A stretch of DNA of 64,000 bases, taken from contig CBCXTV010000001.1 of assembly GCA_965178125.1 (NCBI GenBank), positions 124,001-188,000 on the forward strand, in the 5' to 3' direction. A program made the translations under genes and the position numbers. Positions 1 to 11,784 of this stretch are shown here, piece by piece (the stretch's first letter is position 1; every line of letters begins with the position of its first letter). Under the pieces are notes generated by a model, which saw nothing but the letters and a program-made list of their open reading frames with translations, was not told the origin of the DNA and ran no database searches. The DNA comes from Bilabrum cf. latius (lineage: Eukaryota).

Positions 1-564
1 CCTCGCGTGTTTCCTCCCGGTTCGCGACTTCTTCCTAAGTCGCCGGCCCATCCGGCGGTGCTCATAACAGCGCTCGGCAGTGAGGCACCCCAGGACACAC
101 AGTGCGTCGTTTGGTCGGACTCTAAGGCTTTCGACCTCGCGGAGTTTGTATGCTCTTCCTGCGGCTGCAATCGTGTCATGGCGGACCTGAATCATCGTAT
201 GCGTGATCGTCTCGTACGTCGCGTGCAGCGCACGCTTTATGCCGATGATTCTCCGTGCGGCAGGGGTGCGATTTCGTGTCGTGCTTGTCGCGAGAAGGCG
301 CGCGACGCGGCGCCGAAGACGTCGATTATGAACGCGGCGAACAAGAAGAAGATCTCGGGAACTCTTCGCATGCAGTTGGATCTCATTGTAGAGACCGGGG
401 AGCGGAAGGGTCAGCGTTGTACTGCGGAGAAAATTCTGACATTGGGAACGATGAAGCAGCACAGGGTTTTCGAGAGGGACCTTTACGATGAGGCATGGCG
501 CGGGCTTGTTCGTCTGTCTGGACGCGAGGCTTGGAGCGATGACGACTCGTGGTCTCCGCGTTGA
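1..564 (+). CDS. 3' part of the CxxC protein downstream of rep (cut by the window edge)
   Basis: Matches the C-terminal part of 26908..27759. Confidence 0.55.
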   Translation, partial: PRVFPPGSRLLPKSPAHPAVLITALGSEAPQDTQCVVWSDSKAFDLAEFVCSSCGCNRVMADLNHRMRDRLVRRVQRTLYADDSPCGRGAISCRACREKARDAAPKTSIMNAANKKKISGTLRMQLDLIVETGERKGQRCTAEKILTLGTMKQHRVFERDLYDEAWRGLVRLSGREAWSDDDSWSPR

Positions 565-770
565 GCTTGCGTGACGGTTTTCCCTCTTAACCTGGCCTCT
601 TGCGTGGCGCTGCTTCCGCGTGTGGCCTGAGCGTGCGACCTGAGCGTTCGGCCTGCTGTCGCGTGTGACCTGAGCGAACGGGCGCTCGACAGTATCCCGC
701 GTTTGTTGCTTCTGGGGTTCAAGAAACTTGTACTTTTTGGGCTGTACGGTGGTCAGTGGTGCACGGTTCG

Positions 771-897
771 TTCGCAGCCTCCGCGTTGTTGGAAAGCTAT
801 GGTGGAGCATGGTTCTTTTCGCAGCCTCCGCGTTGTGATCAAGCTACGGTGGAGCATGGTTCGTGAGCATGGTTCTTTTCGCAGCCTCCGCGTTGTT
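771..897 (+). repeat. Short direct repeats TTCGCAGCCTCCGCGTTGT (3x)
   Basis: Copies at 771, 818 and 878; also in copies 2 and 3. Confidence 0.85.
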
Positions 898-1398
898 GAC
901 ACGTGAAAGCTACGCGAACGTGACCACACAATAGGCCATACCCCAGGTGAAATCCGGACTCGGACATCCAGACGAAACGGCATCATGCACACTGTTGAAC
1001 ACACAAATGACACTGAGCTCCACCGTAACGTAACTTTCCATCACCACCTGGTTTATTTTCTCCGCGATGGCAGCTTAGCGGTGACGCTGTGTCTTCGGGC
1101 ATGAAGGGGCAAATCTTTGATTTTTTGGGCCCTGTTTCGGTCACCGAAAAGTCGTGTGATTTCTGGCGCGCAGGAGGAGTGACGCAAGGTATTTCTGAAC
1201 CGTTTTCCGGACGCTTTCCGGGCCTCCCATGTGACCGCTTTTTGCGTACCGAAACACGTTCCGCGCGTGAGGAGCAGATGCGGATCTCCGCGGGGTCCTA
1301 GTTGTGTCCTTTTTCGGGGGACGAAATCGGGCGCACTTGTCGTGCCGATTCGTGGTCGTCTCTGAGACCGGCTGCGAGTCGGGAAAGGTGCCCGGGAG

Positions 1399-2691
1399 AT
1401 GCTCGTGTCCTTGGCTTCGTATTTCTCCGCGTATTCTTCAAACGCGGGCGCACGTCTCCTACCGATTCGTGGTCGGTTTCCGAGGCCGATCGCGAGTCGG
1501 GAAATGCGCCCGCGATGCGCTCTCGATCTCGGAAAGGGCGGGAGTCCGTTCTTGCATTCGGAATGGGCGGGGAGTTGCTTTTCCTGGGAGCATGTGCGAG
1601 ATTCCTTCTCCGCGGGTCCTCTTTCGGCTTCGGCAGTCAGCAGCGCACTCTGCGGGAACGGCATTCTCCGAGTCTCTTTGCCGATGATGTCTGAGGAGAA
1701 ACCCTCCGAGAGCATTGCTGTTTCCTTGGGAGACGGCCGCAATCTTCGTGCGCGTCGAGGCGCCGGTGATATGGGAAACGAGGGCGGCATGTTGGCGCGC
1801 GAGGTCGACGCGCCGGCGGAGCACGCCGGCGCGGCGGCAAGCGTCGATGATTCGCTCGGCCCCCACATCGAGAGCGGCGGCGCGGAGGCGGCGTCCACGG
1901 GGATGCTCGGAGAGGAGAGCGGCAAGGCAGCGCCGAAGGAGGACGCCGAAGACGACGGCGGCAAGAAGACGGAGGAGGAGGATGCTCGCGGCGGTGGACG
2001 TGCTGTGGTGCCCGGAGGTAATGACGACGTATGGACCAACGCAGCAGCTTGGAAGGCGGGTGGCGGCGTGGCAGCCGGGGCGGTCTCTGGCGCTGATAGC
2101 TGGGATCAATGGGGGACCCCTGCGAAGTCGTCATGGGGGGAGACGTACGTGCTGCGGCAGGTCGCGTCGGAGCCGGCGGAGGAGGCGACATGGACTTGCA
2201 ACGCGTGCCAGTGCTGCAAGCCCCGGTCGGCGTACTTTAAGAAGTGGAAGGACTGGATCCAACCAGTTTGCCGGGTGTGTTGCGACAAGTTCGACAACGC
2301 GACGCCGTGGTGGGTGTGGTGCAAGAGCTGCAAAAACGAGTATCCGGCGTACCGATTTCCCCAGATCCGCCGGAAGAAGGAGAACTTGCGCTATTTCTTC
2401 CCTGAGGACTGGTGCGCGAAGTGCCTGGTTGCGCGTGGCTGGAGTCTCCATGATGTCCGTTCCTCTGCGGGTGAAGCGAAGCGTTGGGTGCCAAAAGCTG
2501 GCGCGAATACCGGTGACGGCGACAACGACGCTCGTGCTCCCGCACGCGACGAGCTTCCTGCAGGAGGCGCCGCCTCCTGCAGCAACGCCGTGCGTCAGAG
2601 TTCTTCGCGTGACGAGGCCTTGGATGACATCAAGCGGGCCATGGAGCTTCTCCAGAATGCGGAAAGGTTCCTCCTCACGATGCCAGCGTGA
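1399..2691 (+). CDS. CxxC zinc-finger protein with acidic Gly-rich N-terminus (likely start ATG 1684)
   Basis: Four CxxC pairs (CNAC, CRVC, CKSC, CAKC) and a short C-terminal helix (DEALDDIKRAMELLQNAE). Confidence 0.7.
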   Translation: MLVSLASYFSAYSSNAGARLLPIRGRFPRPIASREMRPRCALDLGKGGSPFLHSEWAGSCFSWEHVRDSFSAGPLSASAVSSALCGNGILRVSLPMMSEEKPSESIAVSLGDGRNLRARRGAGDMGNEGGMLAREVDAPAEHAGAAASVDDSLGPHIESGGAEAASTGMLGEESGKAAPKEDAEDDGGKKTEEEDARGGGRAVVPGGNDDVWTNAAAWKAGGGVAAGAVSGADSWDQWGTPAKSSWGETYVLRQVASEPAEEATWTCNACQCCKPRSAYFKKWKDWIQPVCRVCCDKFDNATPWWVWCKSCKNEYPAYRFPQIRRKKENLRYFFPEDWCAKCLVARGWSLHDVRSSAGEAKRWVPKAGANTGDGDNDARAPARDELPAGGAASCSNAVRQSSSRDEALDDIKRAMELLQNAERFLLTMPA

Positions 2692-2891
2692 CGCGGGAGC
2701 TTCCCGAATGGGTCCGTCGTACTGTGAGGGCGCTCCGGAAGGAAGAGCGCGAGTGAGTCATCCTTGCGCCGAGGTGAGCGCGACGTCGGAGGAGCACGGT
2801 CGTTTGATTGGGAACGATATGGTCGGCAGAGTGTGAAAATCCGAGTTTCTCGTGCAGGATTGGGCAGCTCTCTAGATATCTTGCCTGGGAA

Positions 2892-3873
2892 GGGTGTGAT
2901 GTGGTGGGAGCGCTTCCGCCTCACGTGGCAGACGTCCACACTTCCTGGTTCCCCGGCAGGCTGTTTGGCGAGACGGAGTGGCAAAGCATCCGCCTGCTGA
3001 TTCCTACTTTGTTACCTCGATTGTGAGCTCGGAGCTTGGGGCGGAGGATTCTGCGGGCAGCTCATGTGTGCCTAGAGTGTCATCCCGCGACCCTCTGACT
3101 TCTGTTCGTGGCTTTACCTCTTCGCGCAGGAAGATTCCTCATGAGGCAAGCCCGGTCCGAACTCGCGTGGGATGCCGTGCGCTGGTGCGGCTTCCACTCA
3201 TCCCCGGGGTGGGGAGCGCTGGGTAAAGGATCGTCTGTCCCTGCAAGTTTCGATTCGACGAGGTGCGGCAGCATGACGCGGACCGAGGTGAAGTCCTTTG
3301 TCCGCGATAGGTCGCCGCGTCGCGCGGTGGCGACCCCACAGCGCCCCAATCCCATTCCGGAGAGGGGGTGTGATGCAGTGGGAGCCCTTCCGCCTCACGT
3401 GACAGACGTTCACACTTCCTGGTTCCCATAAGGTCTTCAGCACAGCGCATGCGAGGCAGGCTGTTCGGCGAGACGTAGTGGCATCGCCCCCGCCTGCTCA
3501 TTCCTACTTTGTTACCTCGATTGTCAGCTTGGGGCTCGGGGCGGCGGATTCAGCGGGCAGCTCATGTATGCTGGAGTGTCATCCCGCGACCTCTGACTTC
3601 TGTCCGTGGCTTTACCTCTTCGCGCAGGAAGATTCCTCATGAGGCAAGCCCGGTGCGAACTCCTGTGGGATGCCGTGCGCTGGTTCGGATTCCACTCATG
3701 CCCGATGTGGGGAGCGCTAGGGTAAAGGATCGTCTGTCCCTGCAAGTTTCGATTCGGCTCGAGTCAATGTGAGGAAGGAGAGGTGCGGCAGCATGACGCG
3801 GAACGAGGTGACGTCCTTTGTCCGCGATAGGTCGCCGCGTCGCGCGGTGGCGACCCCGCAGCGCCCAAACCCC
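2892..3873 (+). repeat. Diverged tandem duplication (~0.46-0.51 kb units)
   Basis: 2892-3353 aligns with 3366-3873 (GGGTGTGATG...CTTCCGCCTCACGTG...CGCGCGGTGGCGACCCC). Confidence 0.85.
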
Positions 3874-4314
3874 GCCCCGCCTAGTCCTCACTCGACAGCG
3901 GTGTCGAACCTGCAGCAGCGCTTCGAGAACATGCAGCAGCGTGCGGAAAGCTTGAGCGCTCAGCTGGAGTACGCCCAAAGTGTGATCAGGCTGCTCTCAG
4001 GCCTGTTGCGCGATGAGGCTCCTCGGTTCTATGCAGACTTTGATCCCGTGATTCGGCGTGCGATGTCTGGCGCAAGCGGCTCCGTTGCGGGTAGGTCTTT
4101 CCGTCTTGTGGACGGAGGCGTCATCCACGGACCTGACACAGCAGTCGCTGCTCCTCCGCGTCGTCTCATCGTTGAGGTGCGTACGGACTGGGAGATGACC
4201 GAGACTGCCTCAACTGTGCTGGATTCCTCAGGATCAGACGACATGGGTTCCGAGGACTCGCCGCCGCCGACCGTCGTCCTCCCCAGCGGCGCGGCGGGCG
4301 CCGGCGGTGCCTAG
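3769..4314 (+). CDS. Hypothetical coiled-coil protein
   Basis: Heptad-like segment VSNLQQRFENMQQRAESLSAQLEYAQSVIRLL; no family recognised. Confidence 0.45.
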   Translation: MRKERCGSMTRNEVTSFVRDRSPRRAVATPQRPNPAPPSPHSTAVSNLQQRFENMQQRAESLSAQLEYAQSVIRLLSGLLRDEAPRFYADFDPVIRRAMSGASGSVAGRSFRLVDGGVIHGPDTAVAAPPRRLIVEVRTDWEMTETASTVLDSSGSDDMGSEDSPPPTVVLPSGAAGAGGA

Positions 4315-4852
4315 TCCTCGGCAGCTCCTGCATCGGAGCCTCCTGTCGAGATTCGATCGCGCAACGTCGTTCCTTACATTGCTTGCCGTCGCATGTGCCG
4401 GGCGGTGGTGGGTGTGCGTGTTCGCCGAAAGTTCCCGGCCTCGTCTTCCTCAGGAGAGCTCCTCGACCCGAAATTGGCAGCTCAGCGCTGCCGTGGCCGA
4501 TACAGTACCCGTGCATGGCCAGTTGGCAGCTACGCGCTGCCGTTGCCAATGTCGTCCGCACGAGAGCAGAGTGGCAGCTCAGCGCAGGCGAGAAACCGCG
4601 CTCGCAATGCTGCGAGGTGTATTCAATGCTGTGCACGTGTCTATCCCGCTCCCTGGTTTTGTCTCGCTTGCGCCAGTGTGACCGCAGCAGAGCGGGTGCT
4701 TCCCGTGCGTCTTCAGCTTTGAGCACTCCTCCAGCGACAGGAAGGCATTCGCTTGCTCTCGCTCCCCGCCTGCGTCCTATCCCTCCCGGGTATCTTCAGA
4801 GGCCACAGGCAGTGCGAAGCTTGGCAGCGGGTCCGTCCGCGTCGTTTCGGCT

Positions 4853-6490
4853 GTGAGCGATCTTCTGCCCGGTTCCTCACGCGTCATAATGTCCTCTGCT
4901 TCGGTGCCGGATCAGCTCGCACGGATCAGTAAGGAGCTGAAGTGTCTCAGAGACGCGAGACAACGGGCGCGCAATGGGCTGCGCCATCCGTGGTTGCGCG
5001 CCATGGAGGCACAGGTCGCTGAGGTTATTCGTCATCACCCCGGCGGTGGCGAGGCAGCTCTTCGAACCTATGTCTCTCGTCAGTTGCAGAGTCGACAGGT
5101 TTCCACGCGGACGGCTTCGCAGGAGGAGTTTCAAAGGCAGGTCGATGAGGAGGTCGCGCTCACCATGAGGCGCCCAGCTGAGGCGTGGCAGCGAAATCCT
5201 CTTCGCTCATGTCATCGAGAGTCCGTGGCACGCGCAGAGACCTTTCTCGCCGAGGCTTCTGTCGTTGCTTGGATCGACCATGTGAACGAGCAGCGTGGGT
5301 GTGCTCCAACTGGGAACATGGTTTTCGCCATGCTTGCGAGGATGGGCGTTCGCGCGGGGAAGGACTCGGCTCGACGGCAGTGGCTCCTGCGCTTCCGTCG
5401 TCGTTGGCGGCTTCGGCATGGCCGATTGAAGAAGCAGCCCCCGGTAACACTCGATTACGTCAGACTCGCGTGTCGTGTCTTCTATCAGTGGATTGAATTC
5501 GCAGAAGCGCGAGTGCCCCCCAACCGCCGCCTCGTCTTTGTGAATTTCGATGAGTCCAGCGTGCCCTTTGCCTTTCCGGGAATGCGCGGGTACATCGCAC
5601 CGAGGTCAGGAACGGAGCCCGCTTCGCTTGGTTCGCGCACGGAGCGCCTCGCCTCGAATAGCAATCGAGGATCGTACACCTTTCTGGGTTTTATTAGCGA
5701 CTGCCCGGAAATCCAGCGACGACTCCCGCGTATACTCATCGGGAAGCACACGCGGCTGAGCAAGCGCTTGATGCGTGGGGCGCCGAACCAAATGGTGGAC
5801 GGAATGGAAGTCTGGGCCCGAGAGAGCTCGTGGGTGACGCAGTCCCTCATGTTCGACATTCTGCGTCGGCTTTTCGCTTCTTGGATGGACATTCAGCATG
5901 AGATCTATCCAATAGTGATACTTGACTGCGCGCCCCAACACATTTCCACTGAGATTGTGAACTTCGCACACGGCCTTGGCATGGATCTCGTGTTTATTCC
6001 TGGTCGACTCACCTTCCTGCTTCAGCCGTTGGACGTTCTCGTCTTTCAGCTTCTTAAGCGCGACCTTCGGGAGACGTGGATGCAGGAGCGCTCGCGTCAT
6101 GAAGCGGGTCATGTCGATGTCTCTTGCCATCTCAGGGTTGTCGCTGAGTGCACGAAGAGAGTGCTCTCGTCTGGCTCGTGGCAAGGCGCTTTCGATATGA
6201 CAGGCATTACCAGCGGCAGGCGCCGCTTGCATTCGACCCTACGGCGCTTGTTTGAGTGTGACATGGAGGACATCTCCAGCGATGCTCCGTCTGTCGACCA
6301 GCTCCGCTTCATCAGCAGTCCGCAGCAGCCTCTCCCGCACGATGCGCTCATCAACAGGGCCCCAGTCGCGTCCGGACACGCGGTCGACGGAGGCGTCCAC
6401 GGTGGTAACGCTCGCCGCGTGCCTCGTGGCCGCAGACTAAACGGATGGACCCCCCGCGATCGCGCTCACCCCTCGGCGGCCATGCCGTGA
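4853..6490 (+). CDS. pogo-family (IS630-Tc1-mariner) DD35D transposase
   Basis: CENP-B-type HTH signature (RQWLLRFRRRW); catalytic motifs VNFDES, VILDCAPQH and FIPGRLTFLLQPLD, with 35 residues between D2 and D3. Start may be the ATG of MSSASV. Confidence 0.92.
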   Translation: MSDLLPGSSRVIMSSASVPDQLARISKELKCLRDARQRARNGLRHPWLRAMEAQVAEVIRHHPGGGEAALRTYVSRQLQSRQVSTRTASQEEFQRQVDEEVALTMRRPAEAWQRNPLRSCHRESVARAETFLAEASVVAWIDHVNEQRGCAPTGNMVFAMLARMGVRAGKDSARRQWLLRFRRRWRLRHGRLKKQPPVTLDYVRLACRVFYQWIEFAEARVPPNRRLVFVNFDESSVPFAFPGMRGYIAPRSGTEPASLGSRTERLASNSNRGSYTFLGFISDCPEIQRRLPRILIGKHTRLSKRLMRGAPNQMVDGMEVWARESSWVTQSLMFDILRRLFASWMDIQHEIYPIVILDCAPQHISTEIVNFAHGLGMDLVFIPGRLTFLLQPLDVLVFQLLKRDLRETWMQERSRHEAGHVDVSCHLRVVAECTKRVLSSGSWQGAFDMTGITSGRRRLHSTLRRLFECDMEDISSDAPSVDQLRFISSPQQPLPHDALINRAPVASGHAVDGGVHGGNARRVPRGRRLNGWTPRDRAHPSAAMP

Positions 6491-7509
6491 CCTCGACCAC
6501 GACCATGTCAGGGGCGAACGCGACTTCGTCAACCTCGAGCACGACCATCCCAGCGGCGAACGCGGCTTCCTCGATGGGATCCCTGACCCCGACGAAGCTT
6601 CCCCGACCTCGGCCACGTGAACCTGCAGGCGCATTCTTGCCCGATGTGCCCGCGCAGGTGGCGGCCTGCACGGCGTGGGCGCCACCGTTTCGTCGACCAG
6701 ACAGCTCAGCCACTCCGGCGACGCGCGAGGCGGCAACGTCCACGTGCATCAATCCGTGGACCGCTCTCTCCTGGTATCCGACACCACCGCAGCCGACGGA
6801 CCCCCCTTCCGACAGGCCTCGCGAGGTACCGAACCGGAGCTCCCGGCAGCAGCGCAGGCGTCATGCTTGGGGCGGCACGTGGGTGTTCGACGACGCCATT
6901 ACGCTCAGCGATTGCGGGTCGAGGGTGCAGATCGACGCGCCGCAGTCGAAGCTCTTGGCGATGGTCCTGCCCCGGAAGTCGGGCCAGTGGATTCCTCGTA
7001 GGCTGCGCTCGCGTACGATCTGGTATTTGGCTGGGGAGCAGTCGGCCGTGATCACCAACCTCAAGTGCCAGGCCTGCAGTCGGGTCAAGCACGCGGACAG
7101 CTTCAACCCGAAGAGCTTGCGTCGGGCTCAGTACTCGTTGCTGCATTCCCTGTGGCCCGGCTACATACGACGTACCGAGCGGTCTATTTGGTGCACGCAG
7201 TGTGCGGTGGAGGACCAGTTGATGCAGGGCAACTTTCCGGACGGCTACTGTTTCCGGATCCGCGCCACACTCGAAATTTGCCATCAAGATCGCGTCGCGG
7301 CCAAGCTGTTTGCAGTGCACGACAGTAACGCTCTCTTCGAGCAGATCCCGCTGAGCTCCCGTGCGGCCATGGACGTGGCGGAGCAGTTGCGCCGATACTG
7401 GCAGGATGCCGTGTCCTCAGACGGCCAGAGCAACATCTTCCACAGCGACCACGTTTCGACAGACGACGACTCTGAGTTCGCACCGGGCGGACCGGAGAGC
7501 GTGCCGTGA
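6445..7509 (+). CDS. CxxC zinc-finger protein overlapping the transposase 3' end
   Basis: 354-aa ORF; Ser/Thr/Pro-rich N-terminus followed by KCQACSRVKHADSF...WCTQC. Confidence 0.65.
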   Translation: MDPPRSRSPLGGHAVTSTTTMSGANATSSTSSTTIPAANAASSMGSLTPTKLPRPRPREPAGAFLPDVPAQVAACTAWAPPFRRPDSSATPATREAATSTCINPWTALSWYPTPPQPTDPPSDRPREVPNRSSRQQRRRHAWGGTWVFDDAITLSDCGSRVQIDAPQSKLLAMVLPRKSGQWIPRRLRSRTIWYLAGEQSAVITNLKCQACSRVKHADSFNPKSLRRAQYSLLHSLWPGYIRRTERSIWCTQCAVEDQLMQGNFPDGYCFRIRATLEICHQDRVAAKLFAVHDSNALFEQIPLSSRAAMDVAEQLRRYWQDAVSSDGQSNIFHSDHVSTDDDSEFAPGGPESVP

Positions 7510-7830
7510 GGGACCGCAGCGACAGTAGCGTCGCTTAGGTGAGGAGCGGGTGCCAATGCTCTTTTGAAAATGGTGTGTCGTACGTACGGCAGGAGCCGTC
7601 GGTGGGAGCGGGGCGGATCCTGCGGGAAGTCGTGGAGACTGAGGGCAGAGACTCTCGGGTCGGTCAGGGTCTCATGTAACGTGCTGTTCACCGCAGAGGT
7701 ATGTGCGGATCTTGGTGGATCTCTCGAGGACATGGGTGGCATACCGTTGTGCATCCGTTCCCCGGGGGGGGCGGTCGCAGAAGAGTGCACACGAAAACAA
7801 GAGGAAAGGAGACCAACCCCCCAAACCCAC

Positions 7831-7894
7831 GTAGTGCGATCCTGGGGGGTACCCTATAAGGTACTAAGAATCCTTCTCCCGAAAATCGCACTAC
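7831..7894. promoter_or_regulatory. Stem-loop B, diverged direct copy of A
   Basis: GTAGTGCGAT (7831-40) / ATCGCACTAC (7885-94) with conserved core GGTACCCT.TAAGGTACTAAGAATCCTTC; homology to A extends ~65 bp upstream. Confidence 0.55.
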
Positions 7895-10729
7895 CTCGGG
7901 CCACAACGTCTTGGTGGATTCCTCGAGGACATGGGTGGCATACCGTTGTGCATCCGTTCCCCGTCGCTCCCTAACGTCTTCAGTGGCAGGTTCGGAAAAG
8001 ACACCTCCGTAGGCACGCGACAAGTCCCGGTGAAGCGGGCTCGCACCGCGCTGGGCGGGAGATCGTGAGCGCTTAGAGGACCGGAGCTTTCGGGCGGGTG
8101 CGTGTCTCGACAAACTCCCTCTTGACCACGGGCGGGGAACGTGTAGGGCGGAAGCTAAAGACACCGTAAGTAGCGGAGGGCTAACATTCCGTCCTTCGGT
8201 GAGAGCCAAAAGTTCGAGTCTGCGAGAGACTATTATACGAAGTTCTCCCCTCCTCATACGTGCGCATAGCCTCCTCACGCGGTAGCGCGAGCGCGGGACC
8301 CGGACCTGTCCCTGATGGGCGTGAATCTGAACCCGGCGTACTCTCCTAGTCTGTCACTTCCACGACCTTGTTGTCGCGGAACCACTTGCACGGAGAGGAA
8401 CCTGTCGTTCAAGCGGGTGCAGCCGGACGCGCAGGTGTAGTGCATCGCCTTGCATATGTGCACGGCCAAGTAGATGCCGGAACCGTAGAGGTATCACACT
8501 TCCCGCGGAGCTTGGGTGGGTCTTTCGCTGCTGTCGTCTGCTCCAGAAGGTTTGCGCCAAAAACCGGAAAACTTCTAAGACAGAGGTGGGATGCCAGGAG
8601 CTCACGGTCCTGCCGGATTGGGGAGGTCCATGCCCACGCGAGCCGGGTACGCGTCCAAATCAACGCACAGAGCGGGAGCTGAGGGCGCCAAGGACGCTCA
8701 CTGTCAGGCACACACAACGCGCACAGAATTCGTCATTTCGCGTTCAAAGCCTGCCAACGACGTGGCGCTTGGCGAAATGTGGTGGGTGGCGAAGATGTGG
8801 TACTTCGCCGTGCCTTTCTCTATGACGGCCAAGCGTGCACTCGCCATCGCGCTCGGACGCCACAGGAAGAGATCCCAGCTCGCAGCTCCGCCGCCTCATC
8901 CAGGAGTAAGGCGAAGTCGAATCGTGAATAGCGCTTCGCACCTTCACAGAGCCGAGGATCACAGATAGGCCCCGCCTCACAGAACCCAGCGCCATAGGGC
9001 AGAGCGTGAAGTACCTGGCCGCTTGGCTTGGCCGGACCCCCGCCCGCCCTCCGCCGGCAGCTCCTCCCGTCCGTCCCTATGGAGGCAGATCCGCGTACCC
9101 ATGCTGCGGCGGGATCCTGACACAATCCGCTCCTCTTAGTGTGTGGCCGTGGGGCATGAGTGGAGCAGCATCGGGCCCTCACCAGCCGTGGAACGGAAGC
9201 AGCTCTCCGTGCGGCAGCTGTGCGATGCACAGACCTCGTCCCAAAGATACGGATCCATTTTGCCGTCTTCCCGCGCATACTGCATCGCTCTGCAAAACTG
9301 CATTGCGCAGTGGATCCCCGAGCGTCGACTGCCAATAGCAGGCGGCCTCGCAAGGCCTTCATGGACGCAGGATTTGGGCTTCTTCATCGTAAATTTGGGG
9401 TCTGCTCAGCGCGCGAAAATTCCAACGCTTCAAAATGATCCGGACGTCGCGAGAAGGGAACTCGTTGCTTGCTCACCTGTGCGGAGGGGTTGGATGCCCG
9501 ATGTGCTAAAGAGAGGATACTGTCCGTCGGCGTTCTCTCTTCACCTTGTGCGGAAGGGTTGGGTGCCTGATTTCAGACAGAGAAGGTCTCGTCCGTTGGG
9601 AGCGCTTAGGAATACTTCCGGATGGGGCGTCCAGACGCGGTCCAGGACCTCCAGCTCGTCGGGGTCAATGTCGCCCGCGCCGTCCGTGCCTTTGACGCCT
9701 CTGGATCGATGATGCCCACGATCTTTGTCATCTCGGACGACACACGTCCCAGCTGCTCTTTGGTAGTGCATTACCTCATTGACCCCGAAGCGTTGAATAT
9801 TTAATGAAGACCCTTCGGAAGCTGGCGAAGTTTGTCAGCTTGTCGGAGCGCAGCCTGGGTCCTTGTCAACAAACATGGAGGGTTTCGGGGCGGATTTCCA
9901 GCGTTCCGCCTTGATATCGAGTGCACCTCGAGGTCGGGATCGAAGCGGGGCGGGCGGTTCGTCATCCTCTGTGATACGCTTAGGAGGCGCCGACTTGATG
10001 CCCACCTTGTCCCCCAATCACTCCAGACGTAACTGGGGAACTCTTCCCGTCGTGGGCCGGGTACGCCTCCGAATCCCACGCGAGCCGTTCCCCACGGCGC
10101 ACCGATAAGCGCCGCTGCAAGCGTACCAAGAGGGGCGTACCAAGAGGTGCTTCCTTCGCTCGGCAGTGTGGCACTTCAAGCAGTAGAATGTGCCACTCCC
10201 AGCACGTAGGTGGAGTTTGCGAGCTGCCGGCCGACATGCTCGTGTGGTGACCTCCGGCGCACCGATAAGTGCCGCTGCAAGCGCACCAATACTACTTCGC
10301 TTGGGAGCGAGGCACTTTAAGCAATGCAGTGCGCCGGTTTTCGTGCACGCCCAGTCGCGCGGACGCCGCAGGTGGCTTGGCCGTAGGATAGAATTAGTGG
10401 CGGGTCGGTTTTGCATGTCTTCCCTCTCCTCTTGATATGGTACACAAAGGCAAGAGCCTGACGATGCAGACGGAACTCCTGGATTTCACCGCCACATTCC
10501 TAGTCAAGACAGCCCTCGACTAAACAGACGCCGAGTTATCTTGAGCAGCATCCCACGACGCAGTGATGTGGACGGCAAGGGTGATGCCATGCTTTCCGGG
10601 CCTCCCATGTGACCGCTTTTTGCGTACCGAAACACTTTCCGGGGTCGACGCCCCGGCGGAACACGCCGGCGCGGCGGCAAGCGTCGATGTTGCGGGCGGC
10701 CCAGCCATGAGGTACATGATCAAGTACAC

Positions 10730-11784
10730 GGAAAGCACGCAGAGCGTCGTCAATCCGTTCGTGAGCCGCGAGTTCCAAAAGGTCTTCGAGACATCCGCCC
10801 GGAAAGCACGCAGAGCATCGTCAATCCGTTCGTGAGCCGCGAGTTCCAGAAGGTCTTCGAGCACATCCCCCCGGAAAGCACGCAGAGCATCGTCAATCCG
10901 TTCGTGAGCCGCGAATTCCAGAAGGTCTTCGAGCACATCCCCCCGGAAAGCACGCAGAGCATCGTCAATCCGTTCGTGAGCCGCGAATTCCAAAAGGTCT
11001 TCGAGCACATCCCCCGGATGATGTCGAGCATGCGGACGCCCTGCTCCGGATGATGTCGGCCATGCGGACGCTCTTCCCAGACCTTGCGCGGCAGCGGGAC
11101 GAAAATGGAGCTCTCCCTGCACCGCAAGCACGCCGGAAACCTGGTGCACTTCCACGTGTGCATGACGGACTCCGAGAGGTCGCATCGTTGTCGCGTGGCG
11201 GAGGATTTCATTTGGGCCGGCAGCAGGCCGAATGTCGTGTACGGCTTTAAGGTACCGAACCGGAGCTCCCGGCAGCAGCGCAGGCGGAGACATCCGCCCG
11301 GAAAGCACGCAGAGCATCGTCAATCCGTTCGTGAGCCGCGAGTTCCAGAAGGTCTTCGAGCACATCCCCCCGGAAAGCACGCAGAGCATCGTCAATCCGT
11401 TCGTGAGCCGCGAATTCCAGAAGGTCTTCGAGCACATCCCCCCGGAAAGCACGCAGAGCATCGTCAATCCGTTCGTGAGCCGCGAATTCCAAAAGGTCTT
11501 CGAGCACATCCCCCGGATGATGTCGAGCATGCGGACGCCCGGCTCCGGATGATGTCGGCCATGCGGACGCTCTTCCCAGACCTTGCGCGGCAGCGGGACG
11601 AAAATGGAGCTCTCCCTGCACCGCAAGCACGCCGGAAACCTGGTGCACTTCCACGTGTGCATGACGGACTCCGAGAGGTCGCATCGTTGTCGCGTGGCGG
11701 AGGATTTCATTTGGGCCGGCAGCAGGCCGAATGTCGTGTACGGCTTTAAGGTACCGAACCGGAGCTCCCGGCAGCAGCGCAGGC
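10730..11784 (+). repeat. 72-bp minisatellite (7 copies) nested in a 499-bp tandem duplication
   Basis: GGAAAGCACGCAGAG units start at 10730, 10801, 10873, 10945, 11300, 11372 and 11444; derived from the GT-like gene at ~21334-21405. Also at 37925..38979. Confidence 0.93.

Noticed and set aside
1053-2836. Long overlapping alternative-frame and antisense ORFs (e.g. 328, 373 aa; also 10520..11824, 26959..28005)
   Set aside because: Arg/Pro/Ser-rich shadow frames expected in GC-rich DNA; several change length between near-identical copies.
4700-7700. Stand-alone pogo transposon with TIRs
   Set aside because: No terminal inverted repeats or TA duplication found by eye; a computed inverted-repeat search could overturn this.
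9541-9771. Minus-strand ORF as a remote paralogue of the GT gene C-terminal region
   Set aside because: Similarity is too weak to support without an alignment.
10730-11515. 72-bp repeats as a CRISPR array or repeat-protein gene
   Set aside because: No spacers; derived from the GT gene, and the surrounding frames are broken.
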